Below are positions 39,471-49,140 of a stretch of DNA of 64,000 bases, in pieces (positions within the stretch are counted from its first letter, which is position 1; each line of letters opens with the position of its first letter). The notes under the pieces are model-generated. The model was not told where the DNA came from. It searched no databases and worked only from the letters and a program-made list of their open reading frames with translations. The DNA is taken from positions 5,652-69,651 of the forward strand of contig JAWBPV010000005.1 of NCBI GenBank assembly GCA_039000425.1. The letters run 5' to 3'. The stretch is from Candidatus Aenigmatarchaeota archaeon. GTDB taxonomy: Archaea; Aenigmatarchaeota; Aenigmatarchaeia; CG10238-14; SCSR01. The position numbers and the translations under genes were made by a program.

Positions 39471-40709
39471 TTGCAAAAAATGGTCCACGAAATAGTCCCC
39501 TATCAAATAGTCCCCAAAATAGTCTTCAAATTTTCAACAAACAAAGTGAGAATTATGAGTGAACTTTCAGAAAGAGAAAAGCAACTGATCGATCAATTCC
39601 TCAGAGACATACAACTCGAAAACGGTAAAAAATTGAGCGATAGAAGAATTAAAAAGTATGTCATTTGCTTGAAAACTGTCAAGAGAAAGTTTCTTCAGAA
39701 TCTAATCAATCCAACTTTGGAAGATATCAAGAATGCCGTGATAAGCATTGAAAAAAGCAATTACAAACCAAAAACCATCAAAGATCTCAAAGTGATTTTG
39801 AGAAGATACTTGAAGTGGTTAAACCGAATTAATAGCGTTAATTTAGATCTTTCATGGTTTAAAGTAGGGAATGCTGAAGCATCTTTGCCTGAAGTTTTAA
39901 CTGAAGAAGAGGTAAAGAAGTTGATTGAAGTTACGGATAACTCAAGAGATAGAGCGCTTGTCTCTGTTTTGTATGAAGGAGGTTTGAGGGCAGGAGAATT
40001 GCTAAACATGAAACTTAAAGATGTGAAATTCGATTCTTTAGGATGTGTGATAAAAGTTAACGGAAAAACAGGAGAAAGAATAGTGAGGTTGGTTTTCAGC
40101 AGAAAAGCTTTATGTGAATGGATTGAAAAGCATCCTTTTAAGAATGATCCTGAATCACCACTTTGGGTAACAAAGTATGATTTCAAAAACGGTAGGGAAA
40201 CATTCAAGCAACTGAAATACGGAGGGCTTAAGCTATTGCTTAAAAAACTAGGAGAAAGGGCAGGGATCAAGAAGAGGATACATCCTCACTTGCTAAGACA
40301 TTCGAGGGCAACTCATGTCGCTCCTTTCCTTTCTGAAAGCGTCATGAAAGCATATTTCGGATGGGCTATGGATTCCAAAATGGTTAAGACTTATGTTCAC
40401 TTGAGCGGTAAGGATGTTGACAATGTAGTTTTGAAAATGTATGGAATAGAGAATAATGGAAAAAAATCAACTTTGTTTGATTTAATCGATTGTCCAAAGT
40501 GCCAGCAAAAAATTTCAAGGTTAGATGATTTTTGTCCATACTGCAATTATCCCATAAATCAAAGGTTCGCAATAAACACGGAAAATGATAAGAAAACAAT
40601 CGATATCGTGATCAAGTTCTTACAAATTTTGGCAGAAGAAAATCCAAAGATAAAGGAAAAGTTTTACGAGTTGGTGAAAAAAGAAAACGCATTCGACTTG
40701 TTTAGATAA
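39471..40709 (+). CDS. tyrosine recombinase / phage-type integrase with C-terminal zinc ribbon (paralogue 1)
   Basis: HPHLLRHSRATH (R-H-R-H box), downstream YVHLSGKDVD, CPKCQQ...CPYCNYP zinc ribbon. The real start is likely Met at MSELSEREKQ. Confidence 0.85.
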   Translation: MQKMVHEIVPYQIVPKIVFKFSTNKVRIMSELSEREKQLIDQFLRDIQLENGKKLSDRRIKKYVICLKTVKRKFLQNLINPTLEDIKNAVISIEKSNYKPKTIKDLKVILRRYLKWLNRINSVNLDLSWFKVGNAEASLPEVLTEEEVKKLIEVTDNSRDRALVSVLYEGGLRAGELLNMKLKDVKFDSLGCVIKVNGKTGERIVRLVFSRKALCEWIEKHPFKNDPESPLWVTKYDFKNGRETFKQLKYGGLKLLLKKLGERAGIKKRIHPHLLRHSRATHVAPFLSESVMKAYFGWAMDSKMVKTYVHLSGKDVDNVVLKMYGIENNGKKSTLFDLIDCPKCQQKISRLDDFCPYCNYPINQRFAINTENDKKTIDIVIKFLQILAEENPKIKEKFYELVKKENAFDLFR

Positions 40710-40902
40710 AAACCTTTGTTCATCAATTTTCCATCTTGAAAAGTTCTCAATCTTTTTATTCTTTCAACATTTCTTAACAATTGTGAAGAAGAAATCCGAA
40801 TGGCAAACAACTCCAATAAGAAGTTCTAAAGAAGTTGCAAAACAACATAGCTTTAGGGATTACTAGTTTGACAGGAATAAGAGTTGCTAATGAGATTGTT
40901 AG

Positions 40903-41094
40903 TTAGACTACTCCTAGTTTTTTAAGACATTCGTCACAAACCCAACCTCTTATTCTTTTCTCATTTGTTTTTAAATTCATCCATCCCCAATTCGTCATTG
41001 CCATAAATTCTTCGACATTAACGATAGAAGTATTAAAAATGTGTTTTAACTGCTTTTTACAAATCAAACACTCAATCATACCTTCATATTTCAT
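40903..41094 (-). CDS. small zinc-ribbon protein
   Basis: 63 aa. CLICKK...CDECLKK. Confidence 0.4.
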   Translation of the reverse strand: MKYEGMIECLICKKQLKHIFNTSIVNVEEFMAMTNWGWMNLKTNEKRIRGWVCDECLKKLGVV

Positions 41095-41116
41095 GTTTTC
41101 ATATTGAATTTAAATA

Positions 41117-42418
41117 CATTTAAATGGAACACTTACTTCTATTTGTGAAACTATGAAAAATTTTCGCAAAAACTGTTGTTATTATTATAATTGAAACTCA
41201 CAAAATCTTGGTTTCTTGTTTTTCATAGTTAGAATTTAAAATCAACAAATATTTGTCTGTTCTTTTGTCTAACCAACTCTCTGTTTGTTTCTTAAACTGT
41301 TTTAAAACTTTCTGTTTTTCCACTTCTCATACATTTCAAGCAAAAACTTAACAAAGTCTTCTTCCAAGTTAAAGCTTTCCTTTATGTCCAAAACCATACC
41401 GCAGTTCGAACAGTATTTTGAATTTACTGTGTTTATGTAACCGCACCTGAAACACTTGTTTAGCTTAGTTTCCTGTTTTTCCTCAACCTTCAAACCATTT
41501 ATTTCCAACAGTTTGTTTTCTATGTCTTTACCTGACAAATGAACATAAACACTAGCCATACTGCTACCCATGGACCAACCAGAAAAAACTTTCAGTTCTT
41601 GTTCTGTTAAATGTTTAGCTAATTCTGTAAGCCTTGAATGTCTGAACAAGTGTGGGTGTACTTTTTTCTTTATTCCAGTTTTATTGACAAGTTTTCTCAA
41701 CAGTTTTCTCACATACTGATAACTCATGTGCTGGTTTTCTTCTTTGTGCAACTTCAACCAAACATAACTTTCTGGTTCATTTCTTAACTTGTGATTTTCC
41801 AACCAGTTTCTGAAGTAAGGTACTGACTTTATCAACCTTATCCTTCTCTGTCCTGTCTTACCTTTCACTGTTATCACGCAACCATACTGGTCAAAACTCA
41901 CTTGTCTTATTTTCAAAGGAAGTAATTCACCTATCCTGCAACCACTTTCATACAGTACAGAAACAAAAGCTTTGTCCCTAGGGTTTTCACAGTTTTCAAC
42001 CATTTTCCATACTTCTTCTTCAGTCAAAAGTTCTTCTGGTAGTTTGTTATTCTTCGTGTCAAACCTCACTTTCAACTCAAAATTTTTCCCAACAAACTCA
42101 AGAAACTTCTTGACACAGTAATACCTTAACTTTTTCGTTTTAGGTTTGTATCCGTTCAAACTTAACAGAAAGGTTTCTACGTCTTCTTCTGTCACATCTT
42201 CGAAGTTTTTGTTTATTGTGCTAATAAACTGTTTTATTGAAATCAAGTACTTCAACCTTTGAACCAAACTTAAACCTTCTGCTTCTTTCTTTGTTAAGAA
42301 ACTCAAAACAAGTTTCTTGTTGTTTTCTGTTGTATTCCAGTTCTTAATGTTTTCTAGTTTTCTGTTGTATGTTTGCAAAGTGTTGTAGATATCGGAGAGA
42401 ATTGTACTTGAGTTAAGA
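41117..42418. repeat. inverted repeat copy A (~1.3 kb, contains integrase 2 and ~190 bp of 3' flank)
   Basis: Reverse complement aligns with 62715-63985 through the entire integrase ORF plus flanking non-coding DNA. The two copies diverge beyond ...ccatttaaatgt. Confidence 0.8.
41302..42378 (-). CDS. tyrosine recombinase / integrase with C-terminal zinc ribbon (paralogue 2, ~95% identical to paralogue 4)
   Basis: 358 aa. HPHLFRHSRLTE. YVHLSGKDIEN. CFRCGYINTVNSKYCSNCG. Confidence 0.9.
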   Translation of the reverse strand: MQTYNRKLENIKNWNTTENNKKLVLSFLTKKEAEGLSLVQRLKYLISIKQFISTINKNFEDVTEEDVETFLLSLNGYKPKTKKLRYYCVKKFLEFVGKNFELKVRFDTKNNKLPEELLTEEEVWKMVENCENPRDKAFVSVLYESGCRIGELLPLKIRQVSFDQYGCVITVKGKTGQRRIRLIKSVPYFRNWLENHKLRNEPESYVWLKLHKEENQHMSYQYVRKLLRKLVNKTGIKKKVHPHLFRHSRLTELAKHLTEQELKVFSGWSMGSSMASVYVHLSGKDIENKLLEINGLKVEEKQETKLNKCFRCGYINTVNSKYCSNCGMVLDIKESFNLEEDFVKFLLEMYEKWKNRKF

Positions 42419-42527
42419 TGGGCCTGCGGGGATTTGAACCCCGGACCAACGGGTTTCTTTCATCTTTTATCAAAGCTTTTAGCTTAAGCTAAAAGCCCGC
42501 TGCTCTACCATGCTGAGCTACAGGCCC
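42419..42527 (-). tRNA. intron-containing tRNA, most likely tRNA-Lys (anticodon TTT), ~35-nt intron
   Basis: Acceptor GGGCCTG/CAGGCCC. D-arm GCTC-AGCATGGTA-GAGC. Anticodon stem GCGGG/CCCGT encloses 42 nt beginning CTTTTA. T-arm CGGGG-TTCAAAT-CCCCG. Discriminator A. Confidence 0.6.
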
Positions 42528-42577
42528 ATAATAGACCTGTAATAAAAATAAGATTTGTGATATAAAAAATTTCAGAA

Positions 42578-42766
42578 TCATTTTAACCTGAACTTCTTCA
42601 AAGGATGCTTCCACTTCCAGCTGTACTTTTTTATCTTAGAACTCTTACCAAAACCACAGTGGGAGCAATACTTTTTATCAGGCCTGTAACTATGGTGTCC
42701 ACATCTCCTACATCTCACATGCTTAATCCCGATTTTTTTACCCATCGATGGCGTTCCTTTAACCAT
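42578..42766 (-). CDS. rpl37e: 50S ribosomal protein L37e
   Basis: [11 protein letters not shown]...CRRCGHHSY...CSHCGF C4 zinc ribbon. Confidence 0.85.
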   Translation of the reverse strand: MVKGTPSMGKKIGIKHVRCRRCGHHSYRPDKKYCSHCGFGKSSKIKKYSWKWKHPLKKFRLK

Positions 42767-42770
42767 ACTT

Positions 42771-43703
42771 TCACCACTCAAAATAAAAATTTCCTCCAGT
42801 TATAAATATTTCTCCTCCAGTTTTTTTAAATAAAATTTCTTGAGAAATTATAGATTTTTGGATGATTTTTTCCAATTGCTCTGGAGTTGCACTTAAATTT
42901 TCTTTCAAACTCTCATATCTCAAGATTTTTTCAAAATGTTGAAGACTCATCGGTAAATGTTTTTCATATTTTTTAATCACTTCTTGAATCTTATTCCGAA
43001 TTCTGTATTCATCGAATGTGCTATCAGGGAAGTAAATCGATATCAAAAGTTCATGTAAATCGAATTCACCCGGATTTTTCCTGTAAATTTCCGGGTTTAT
43101 CGAGTAAACTCCTTTCCAATCTTTTAAAATTAAATCCGTTTGTTGCATAACTTCAACAACACCACCCTTATGTCTCAACAAATGGTAGTACTTCGATCTT
43201 ATTTTTTCACTCGGTTTTAATTTGTTGTATTCGTCTTCATATTCTTCCACTTTTTTCAATTCCCTCAAACTTTTTTCATCACCATTTCTTCTCAAATGTT
43301 CTTTGTAACATTCCAACACGATTTTCCTCAATGTCGAGCAAGTATACTTTTCTACATTATTTCTACAGATAGTTAGGAATGTTTGGAAAAATAATTCATC
43401 ATTCAAAAACTGATCAGAGAACATGTATTTTTCAAGTTGCGTGAGTTCTTCAACTTTTGACTCTGAAAAATTTTGGAAGATTAGTCCGTCAAAAGATAGT
43501 TTATAACTTTTTCTATGAAATTCCACTAGATTACTCGACCTCATAAATTTCAAATGAATAAAAAGAAGTTTTGAGTCGATTTTATCATATCTCTCTTCAT
43601 ATCTTTCCTTCAACTCGCCAAATTTGGCTCGTGTAGCGTAATCTAATAAATGGATCAAACTCTTGATTTTTCTGAGATTTATTCCACCGTGCCACTCTAT
43701 CAT
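42771..43703 (-). CDS. hypothetical protein
   Basis: 310-aa ORF, charged, helical-looking. No motif. Confidence 0.45.
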   Translation of the reverse strand: MIEWHGGINLRKIKSLIHLLDYATRAKFGELKERYEERYDKIDSKLLFIHLKFMRSSNLVEFHRKSYKLSFDGLIFQNFSESKVEELTQLEKYMFSDQFLNDELFFQTFLTICRNNVEKYTCSTLRKIVLECYKEHLRRNGDEKSLRELKKVEEYEDEYNKLKPSEKIRSKYYHLLRHKGGVVEVMQQTDLILKDWKGVYSINPEIYRKNPGEFDLHELLISIYFPDSTFDEYRIRNKIQEVIKKYEKHLPMSLQHFEKILRYESLKENLSATPEQLEKIIQKSIISQEILFKKTGGEIFITGGNFYFEW

Positions 43704-43740
43704 GTAAACAAATATCGAATAAAATTTTTTAAATTTTATT

Positions 43741-43959
43741 TCAAACAGGACTAGCGTAAACTATCGTGTCCCCTCTTACTAGAATAGTACCAAGCCTAAC
43801 TTTTGTTTCATTCTTCGACACTTCAGCTTCATCCAACCATAAATTCAAGTGCAAATCTAAAGCTCTCAGTACTCCGGTTATCTCTTCACCGTTTTTCAAT
43901 TTTATCAAAACTTTTTTCCCCTTTGCTTTATCCAAAGCATCTATTGGCCTTTCTGTCAT
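43741..43959 (-). CDS. Sm-like archaeal protein (LSm/SmAP)
   Basis: 72 aa. PIDALDKAKGKKVLIKLKNGEEITGVLRALDLHLNLWLDEAEV is a classic Sm1/Sm2 pattern. Confidence 0.85.
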   Translation of the reverse strand: MTERPIDALDKAKGKKVLIKLKNGEEITGVLRALDLHLNLWLDEAEVSKNETKVRLGTILVRGDTIVYASPV

Positions 43960-44033
43960 ACTCTCCCTTTTTAAATTGGTTTAAATTAATATAAACGTTT
44001 AGATTTTTAAGCTTATTTTACCAATTTTTCTAA

Positions 44034-44480
44034 ATGGAACTTTTGGGCTACGCTTCGGCTTTCGTTGGAAATTTCATAGCCTCCTCCACAGTAGTCATAC
44101 CAATACCTTTCCTCCTAGTTTACGCTTACTTGGCAACTTTTCTTAACCCTTTCATCCTAGCCTTGATTTCAGCTTTTGGTTCTAGTCTTGGAGAACTAGT
44201 GAGCTATGCTTTAGGTTATGCTGGTAGTGATTTTTTGAATAAAAATAAGTTATTCAGGCTGGCTAAGAAATGGTTCAAGAAAAATGGAGCCTTGACCATT
44301 TTCATTTTTGCCGCAACTCCTCTTCCGGATGATGTTGTCGGTATTATAGCTGGAGCAACTAACTACAACAAATCTAAATTCTTCATATCTTGTTTGATGG
44401 GAAAGCTCGTTATGTTCCTAATGATCGCGATAATAGTTAGATATTCGAGTAATTTCATCAATTTAAATTGGATAGGCTGA
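44034..44480 (+). CDS. DedA/VTT-domain small membrane protein (YqaA-like)
   Basis: 148 aa. [14 protein letters not shown] motif. Confidence 0.55.
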   Translation: MELLGYASAFVGNFIASSTVVIPIPFLLVYAYLATFLNPFILALISAFGSSLGELVSYALGYAGSDFLNKNKLFRLAKKWFKKNGALTIFIFAATPLPDDVVGIIAGATNYNKSKFFISCLMGKLVMFLMIAIIVRYSSNFINLNWIG

Positions 44481-44484
44481 GAAC

Positions 44485-44868
44485 ATGGCCATCTGGCATG
44501 GTGAAAAGGGAAGAAAAGAAACAGGAGGAAAGATAAGGTTGGCTAGGAAAAAGAAGAAAAGGGAGTTGGGAAATTTACCCGCTTTCACAAGAATAGGTGA
44601 AGAGAAGAGGGAAATATGTAGAACGAAAGGTGGTGGTATAAAGGTAAAGAGTCTAAGCGTAGAGTTTGCCAACGTTTTAGATCCGAAGACAAATCAATCC
44701 AAAAAAGTAAAGATTCTGGATATATTGGAAAATCCTGCTAATCCACACTTCGTTAGGAGAAAAATAATAACTAAAGGAGCTATAATAAAAACAGAAATCG
44801 GCAAAGCAAAAGTTACTTCAAGACCGAGTCAAGATGGTGTAGTTAACGCTGTTTTGATCGAATCTTAA
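44485..44868 (+). CDS. rps8e: 30S ribosomal protein S8e
   Basis: [29 protein letters not shown]. Confidence 0.9.
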   Translation: MAIWHGEKGRKETGGKIRLARKKKKRELGNLPAFTRIGEEKREICRTKGGGIKVKSLSVEFANVLDPKTNQSKKVKILDILENPANPHFVRRKIITKGAIIKTEIGKAKVTSRPSQDGVVNAVLIES

Positions 44869-44904
44869 AAAATAAAAGAAACAAAGCGCTATAATTTTTT
44901 TTAC

Positions 44905-46272
44905 ATGTCCGTGAAACATTTTTACGTATCACAATTGTTAAGATCGTTGGCAGAAGCTATGATTTCCCCATTCCTTTCAGTTTTCTTCCTATTCCTAGGT
45001 GCTACCAAGCCTTTGATAGGTTTAGCTTCAACTCTACCCAACATCTTTAATCTTTTTTCACAAGTTTTTTGGAGTATTTTGAGCGAGAAAAGTTATAGGA
45101 AAAAAATATTCGTAGTTTTCGGTGGAATAGCTTGGGCTGTTCTGTGGATTCCCATAGCTTTCGTTAAAGATGTGATGCTTTTAATATTGTTGTTGGTCAT
45201 TCAAGCAATACTCTCGGCTGCATCAGCTCCTACTTGGACTTCTTTACTCTTGAGGTTAATACCGAAGTACAAGGCAAGCGAAGTTGAGGGAAATTTCACC
45301 CTAGTTAGAAATTTTGCAAACCTTGTTGGAACTTTAATCGCAGGCCTCATACTGAACACACTCGGCTTCTTACCATTTTTCTTTTTCATCATAGCTTTAT
45401 TCGGTTTGTTGAGCAGGTTACCTTTTATTTGGGTGAGGGAAGTAAACTTTCTTAGAAGGAACGAAGATTTGAAAACGCTGATTAAAAGTATGTGGAATTT
45501 TTCCAGCTTGAAGAAAGAAACCAAGATGCTCAGACTTATGATCATGGTGACATTCTTGAATTTTTCTGTAACTTTTTCCTCACCATTCCTTTCAGTTTAT
45601 CTCGTAACAAACAAGGGAGGAAGTATAATAAACGTAGCTATAATATCTGTAATCTCAGCGATAACTTTCATAATATTCTCCAGGCCATGGGGAAGGACTT
45701 TAGATAAAATTGGGCCAAAAATCGTTTTTTACGTATGCATAATACCAATCTCTTTCCTTCCATCGATTTACGTGATTTCGCCGAAGATAGAGTGGATATA
45801 TGTCTATGAAGTTGTAGCATCTTTAGGATGGACAGGCTTCAACATAGCAACTTTTACCTATTTGGCGCATGCAGTGCCTAGGGAAAAACTTGATTCGTCG
45901 ATAGGCTTTTACAACTTGATAGTTGGTCTTGGATCTTCTTTTGGGCCTGTGGTAGGAGGAATAGTCTCTGAAAAAATAGGATTGAGTGCAGTTCTTCTGA
46001 TTTCCACGTTTCTCAGAATTCTGAGTTTAATATTCATAAATAAGTTGGAAGAAGAAGAGATGAAGTTTAAGTACAGGGGAGATTTTGATACTCGCGGCTT
46101 CATGTACAGAATTGAAAATTTGGTGAGTACTTACTCCATATTGATAAGGGAAACTTTAGGAGAAGGGTTGAAAGTTTTGGAATTTACGAACTCGCTTACC
46201 TCTTCTTTCCGAAAAGTCCCCAAACAACAAGCACAAAAATCAAGTAAGAGAAACCTGAAAGTAGGGAGATAA
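44905..46272 (+). CDS. MFS-type transporter
   Basis: 455 aa with ~12 TM helices. Confidence 0.65.
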   Translation: MSVKHFYVSQLLRSLAEAMISPFLSVFFLFLGATKPLIGLASTLPNIFNLFSQVFWSILSEKSYRKKIFVVFGGIAWAVLWIPIAFVKDVMLLILLLVIQAILSAASAPTWTSLLLRLIPKYKASEVEGNFTLVRNFANLVGTLIAGLILNTLGFLPFFFFIIALFGLLSRLPFIWVREVNFLRRNEDLKTLIKSMWNFSSLKKETKMLRLMIMVTFLNFSVTFSSPFLSVYLVTNKGGSIINVAIISVISAITFIIFSRPWGRTLDKIGPKIVFYVCIIPISFLPSIYVISPKIEWIYVYEVVASLGWTGFNIATFTYLAHAVPREKLDSSIGFYNLIVGLGSSFGPVVGGIVSEKIGLSAVLLISTFLRILSLIFINKLEEEEMKFKYRGDFDTRGFMYRIENLVSTYSILIRETLGEGLKVLEFTNSLTSSFRKVPKQQAQKSSKRNLKVGR

Positions 46273-46449
46273 CGTTAAGCTTGAATTCTATAGCTTCTCT
46301 TCCGGGAAATATGATGGAATAAATGCTTATCCCTATCAAACTCAAACCTATGAATGCTAGTATGAACAAGAAAGGCTTTATACTCTTGAACTTCATATTA
46401 TTATTTTGTTGCCACAAAGATTAATTTTTTTAATTGATAAGATATAAAG

Positions 46450-46731
46450 ATGAAAGAAGTGTTAACCTTAATAGGGTTGATGTTTTCCAACCCAATTTTT
46501 CCAGATTTTGGTATACAGTTTTTGGTTTCACTAGCAATAGGCATGATGCTCCCAGAGGTCATCATCAACCCTATAGATAGGCTTGTTAGGAAAATTCCAG
46601 GTGTTGATAAGTTCGTTAAACGTTTAGGTAAGAACAAGAGGTTAAGGACGATAATACCAAGAATACTAGCTGGTTACTTCTTCACTTATTTGATAGGGTT
46701 TTCTTTCCTTTTGTTAGCTAGATTTATGTAA
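46450..46731 (+). CDS. small membrane protein, hypothetical
   Basis: 93 aa, two hydrophobic helices. Confidence 0.35.
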   Translation: MKEVLTLIGLMFSNPIFPDFGIQFLVSLAIGMMLPEVIINPIDRLVRKIPGVDKFVKRLGKNKRLRTIIPRILAGYFFTYLIGFSFLLLARFM

Positions 46732-46741
46732 GAGGTGGAAA

Positions 46742-47494
46742 ATGATAGACGTACACTGTCATCTTGAGCAACCAGATTACGATCAAGATAGGGAAGAAGT
46801 TATAGAGAAATGCAGAAAAGAAATGAAAGCTGTTATAACTTCTTGCGTCCATCCAGCAGATTTCGAGCTAACTATGCGACTCGTTGAGAAATATAAGAAC
46901 TTTTTATTTACAACTGTCGGAATTCATCCGGAGTACGTGAAGGAAATCGGTGAAGCAGAAAGGATGGAATTCTTGGACATAGTGAGGAAAAATAGGGAAA
47001 AAATAGTTGGGATAGGGGAAGTTGGTTTAGATTTCTTGGTAGAAGAAGAGTGGAGGGGAAAACAAAAAGAGATGTTCAAAGATTTTATCCATATCGCGGA
47101 AGAGCTGGACAAGCCTTTGGTTGTTCATGCAAGGAAAGCTTTTGCTGAAGCTATCCAAATCCTAGAGGAAGAAAAAGTGAGAAAAGTTTTAATGCACTTT
47201 TTCACAGCAAACGATCTGGTCAAGAAAGTGAAGGAGAATGGTTGGTACGTTTCTGTTAACACAACTCTTCTAACCAGCAAGAAAGTGAAGAAAGTTGTGA
47301 GGGACATGCCTTTAGAGCAAATCTTGACAGAAACAGATGCTCCATGGTTAGGTCCGGGTGGAAAAAGGAATGATCCAAATTCTGTGAAATTTGTGATAGA
47401 GAAGATAAGCGAGATAAAGAAGATGAGTTTTGAAGAAGTGGACGAAATAACCACTAATAATGCGATAGAATTCTTCAATTTGAAGTTTGATTAA
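46742..47494 (+). CDS. tatD: TatD-family metal-dependent hydrolase
   Basis: MIDVHCHL start and overall TatD/TIM-barrel pattern. Confidence 0.8.
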   Translation: MIDVHCHLEQPDYDQDREEVIEKCRKEMKAVITSCVHPADFELTMRLVEKYKNFLFTTVGIHPEYVKEIGEAERMEFLDIVRKNREKIVGIGEVGLDFLVEEEWRGKQKEMFKDFIHIAEELDKPLVVHARKAFAEAIQILEEEKVRKVLMHFFTANDLVKKVKENGWYVSVNTTLLTSKKVKKVVRDMPLEQILTETDAPWLGPGGKRNDPNSVKFVIEKISEIKKMSFEEVDEITTNNAIEFFNLKFD

Positions 47495-47517
47495 AAAAAT
47501 AAAAACAGGGGAAAAGT

Positions 47518-47856
47518 TCATTTCTTCTTCGCTAAATCAAACACAGTTTTCAAAGCAACTATCGCTGCCGCTGGAGCCACGAAAACAACTATGTTACCCA
47601 CTATAGCTTCAAGGTATCTTCCCACTATAGGTAATTTTTCAAGACCAGCTGAACCAGCTAGCAATAAAGCTACGGAAGCGATTAAAAACGGTGTTGTTTC
47701 TTTTGCTGTTATGTTGAGTAGACCAACTATTAACCCAAGTATCACTAGAGCTATTGCCACCAACCCACCACTCTGTAGCAAAAGTCCTGCCAATACTGCT
47801 ATTACTATACCTACGAGGAAAGAATATTCCCCGATTTTTTGTTTCATCTTTTGCAC
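47518..47856 (-). CDS. small membrane protein, hypothetical
   Basis: 112 aa with 3-4 Gly/Ala/Leu-rich helices. Confidence 0.35.
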   Translation of the reverse strand: MQKMKQKIGEYSFLVGIVIAVLAGLLLQSGGLVAIALVILGLIVGLLNITAKETTPFLIASVALLLAGSAGLEKLPIVGRYLEAIVGNIVVFVAPAAAIVALKTVFDLAKKK

Positions 47857-47905
47857 CTAAAAGAAAATTTGTTTTTTAAATATAATATTTTATGTTCGTA
47901 TAACA

Positions 47906-49120
47906 TTAAACTCTATACCTCAAAATAGCACCTATTCCACTAAGCTCTTTGAATTGTATGCCTTCGCTTGTTTCGGTTGAAATATATTCGATTTTTGTTC
48001 CAAGCGAGGAAGCTTTTTCAACAAGTTGATCGAGCAATTCTTCACTTCCTTCAACTATCAATTTTTGTCCACATACAGGACACTTTTGTTTCTCCACCAA
48101 GAATTTTGGCAAAACTTTTTCTTCCTTATATCCACAAACACATCTGAACTTCACCCTTACCAAGTTGAATTCTTCAGAAATGAGAAGTGTGTCTACAGCA
48201 CCAGCTTCCAAAGCTTTTACAGTTTCTTCGAATCCGTAAACAACGTTACCCTCGTTCTTTAACTCAACGAAAAATTTGTTCAAAAGATCTCTTTCTTTAG
48301 TTATCAAGGCTTCTTTCAACAGATCTTGCGATTTATTCACCAGTTCTTCCAATCCATAATCATCTGTAGATCCTATATCTTTCACACCAAGGACTTTTTT
48401 CTGAAGCTGGTAGTGAAGGTAGCCTTTTTCGTAAAAAATTTCTTTGGTTGGACCAGGCCCACCTATGATTATCCCTTTGAGTTCGGGTTGCTGTAAGAAG
48501 AATTTTGAAGCTTCTTCCCCAACTTTTTTCAAGAACTCGTTCAAGGCATCGTCCCTTATCCTATCGTACCTTTTCTGCGACATACCACCTTTCACGGTTT
48601 TGCTCGGTACTGTTGATTCAAAACTCTTAATCTTCTCTATCCTTTTACCTTTCAGTAATCCTACAGTTGCTTCTCTTGCATCTAGTGTTATCAAGCCATA
48701 AACTTCTTTCTCCTCTATCAATTCTTTTAAAGGATCTAGAACAAAAGTTTGATCACACCAGTAAATTTTTTGGGAAATCGGAACAGGCGGCTCATAACTC
48801 CAAAGTTTTATATCAACTTTCCCTTCGACATCTGAAACATTTCCACAAAAAATCACCAACCCATTATCAGGAGTTTTCCTGAAAAGCTTAAGATGCTGGA
48901 TTATTTTCTCCAAAGCAGCCAGAACGTTCTTCCTAGTACTTTTACTTTTTATATTGTTTGCGGTTCCTTTTTCCTGGAATAGTTGGTTCATGGCTTCTGT
49001 TAAATTGTAGCCAGAAGGGATGTAAACGCTAACCAATTCAGTATGCCTCCCCCTTATTTTTTCAAGTTCCTTTATGAGTTTTTTCAAGGCAAGTTTTTCT
49101 TCTTCTTTCATTTCAACCAT
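47906..49120 (-). CDS. prf1: peptide-chain release factor aRF1 homologue (GGQ motif reads GGM)
   Basis: 404 aa. GTANNIKSKSTRKNV (NIKS codon-recognition motif) in domain 1. Domain 2 reads KGGMSQKRYDRIR where aRF1/eRF1 have GGQ. C-terminal CxxC...CxxC knuckle. Confidence 0.75.
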   Translation of the reverse strand: MVEMKEEEKLALKKLIKELEKIRGRHTELVSVYIPSGYNLTEAMNQLFQEKGTANNIKSKSTRKNVLAALEKIIQHLKLFRKTPDNGLVIFCGNVSDVEGKVDIKLWSYEPPVPISQKIYWCDQTFVLDPLKELIEEKEVYGLITLDAREATVGLLKGKRIEKIKSFESTVPSKTVKGGMSQKRYDRIRDDALNEFLKKVGEEASKFFLQQPELKGIIIGGPGPTKEIFYEKGYLHYQLQKKVLGVKDIGSTDDYGLEELVNKSQDLLKEALITKERDLLNKFFVELKNEGNVVYGFEETVKALEAGAVDTLLISEEFNLVRVKFRCVCGYKEEKVLPKFLVEKQKCPVCGQKLIVEGSEELLDQLVEKASSLGTKIEYISTETSEGIQFKELSGIGAILRYRV

Positions 49121-49140
49121 GCTTACACCTTTACAAATTT

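Larger units (their letters stand above)
39335..42418. mobile_element. putative integrated element adjoining tRNA-Lys 3' end (two integrases plus Zn-ribbon ORF). The distal boundary is not defined.
   Basis: Integrase 2 begins 40 nt from the tRNA 3' end. A second, divergent integrase and a small Zn-ribbon ORF follow. No second copy of the tRNA 3' end was found, so the extent is a guess. Confidence 0.35.
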
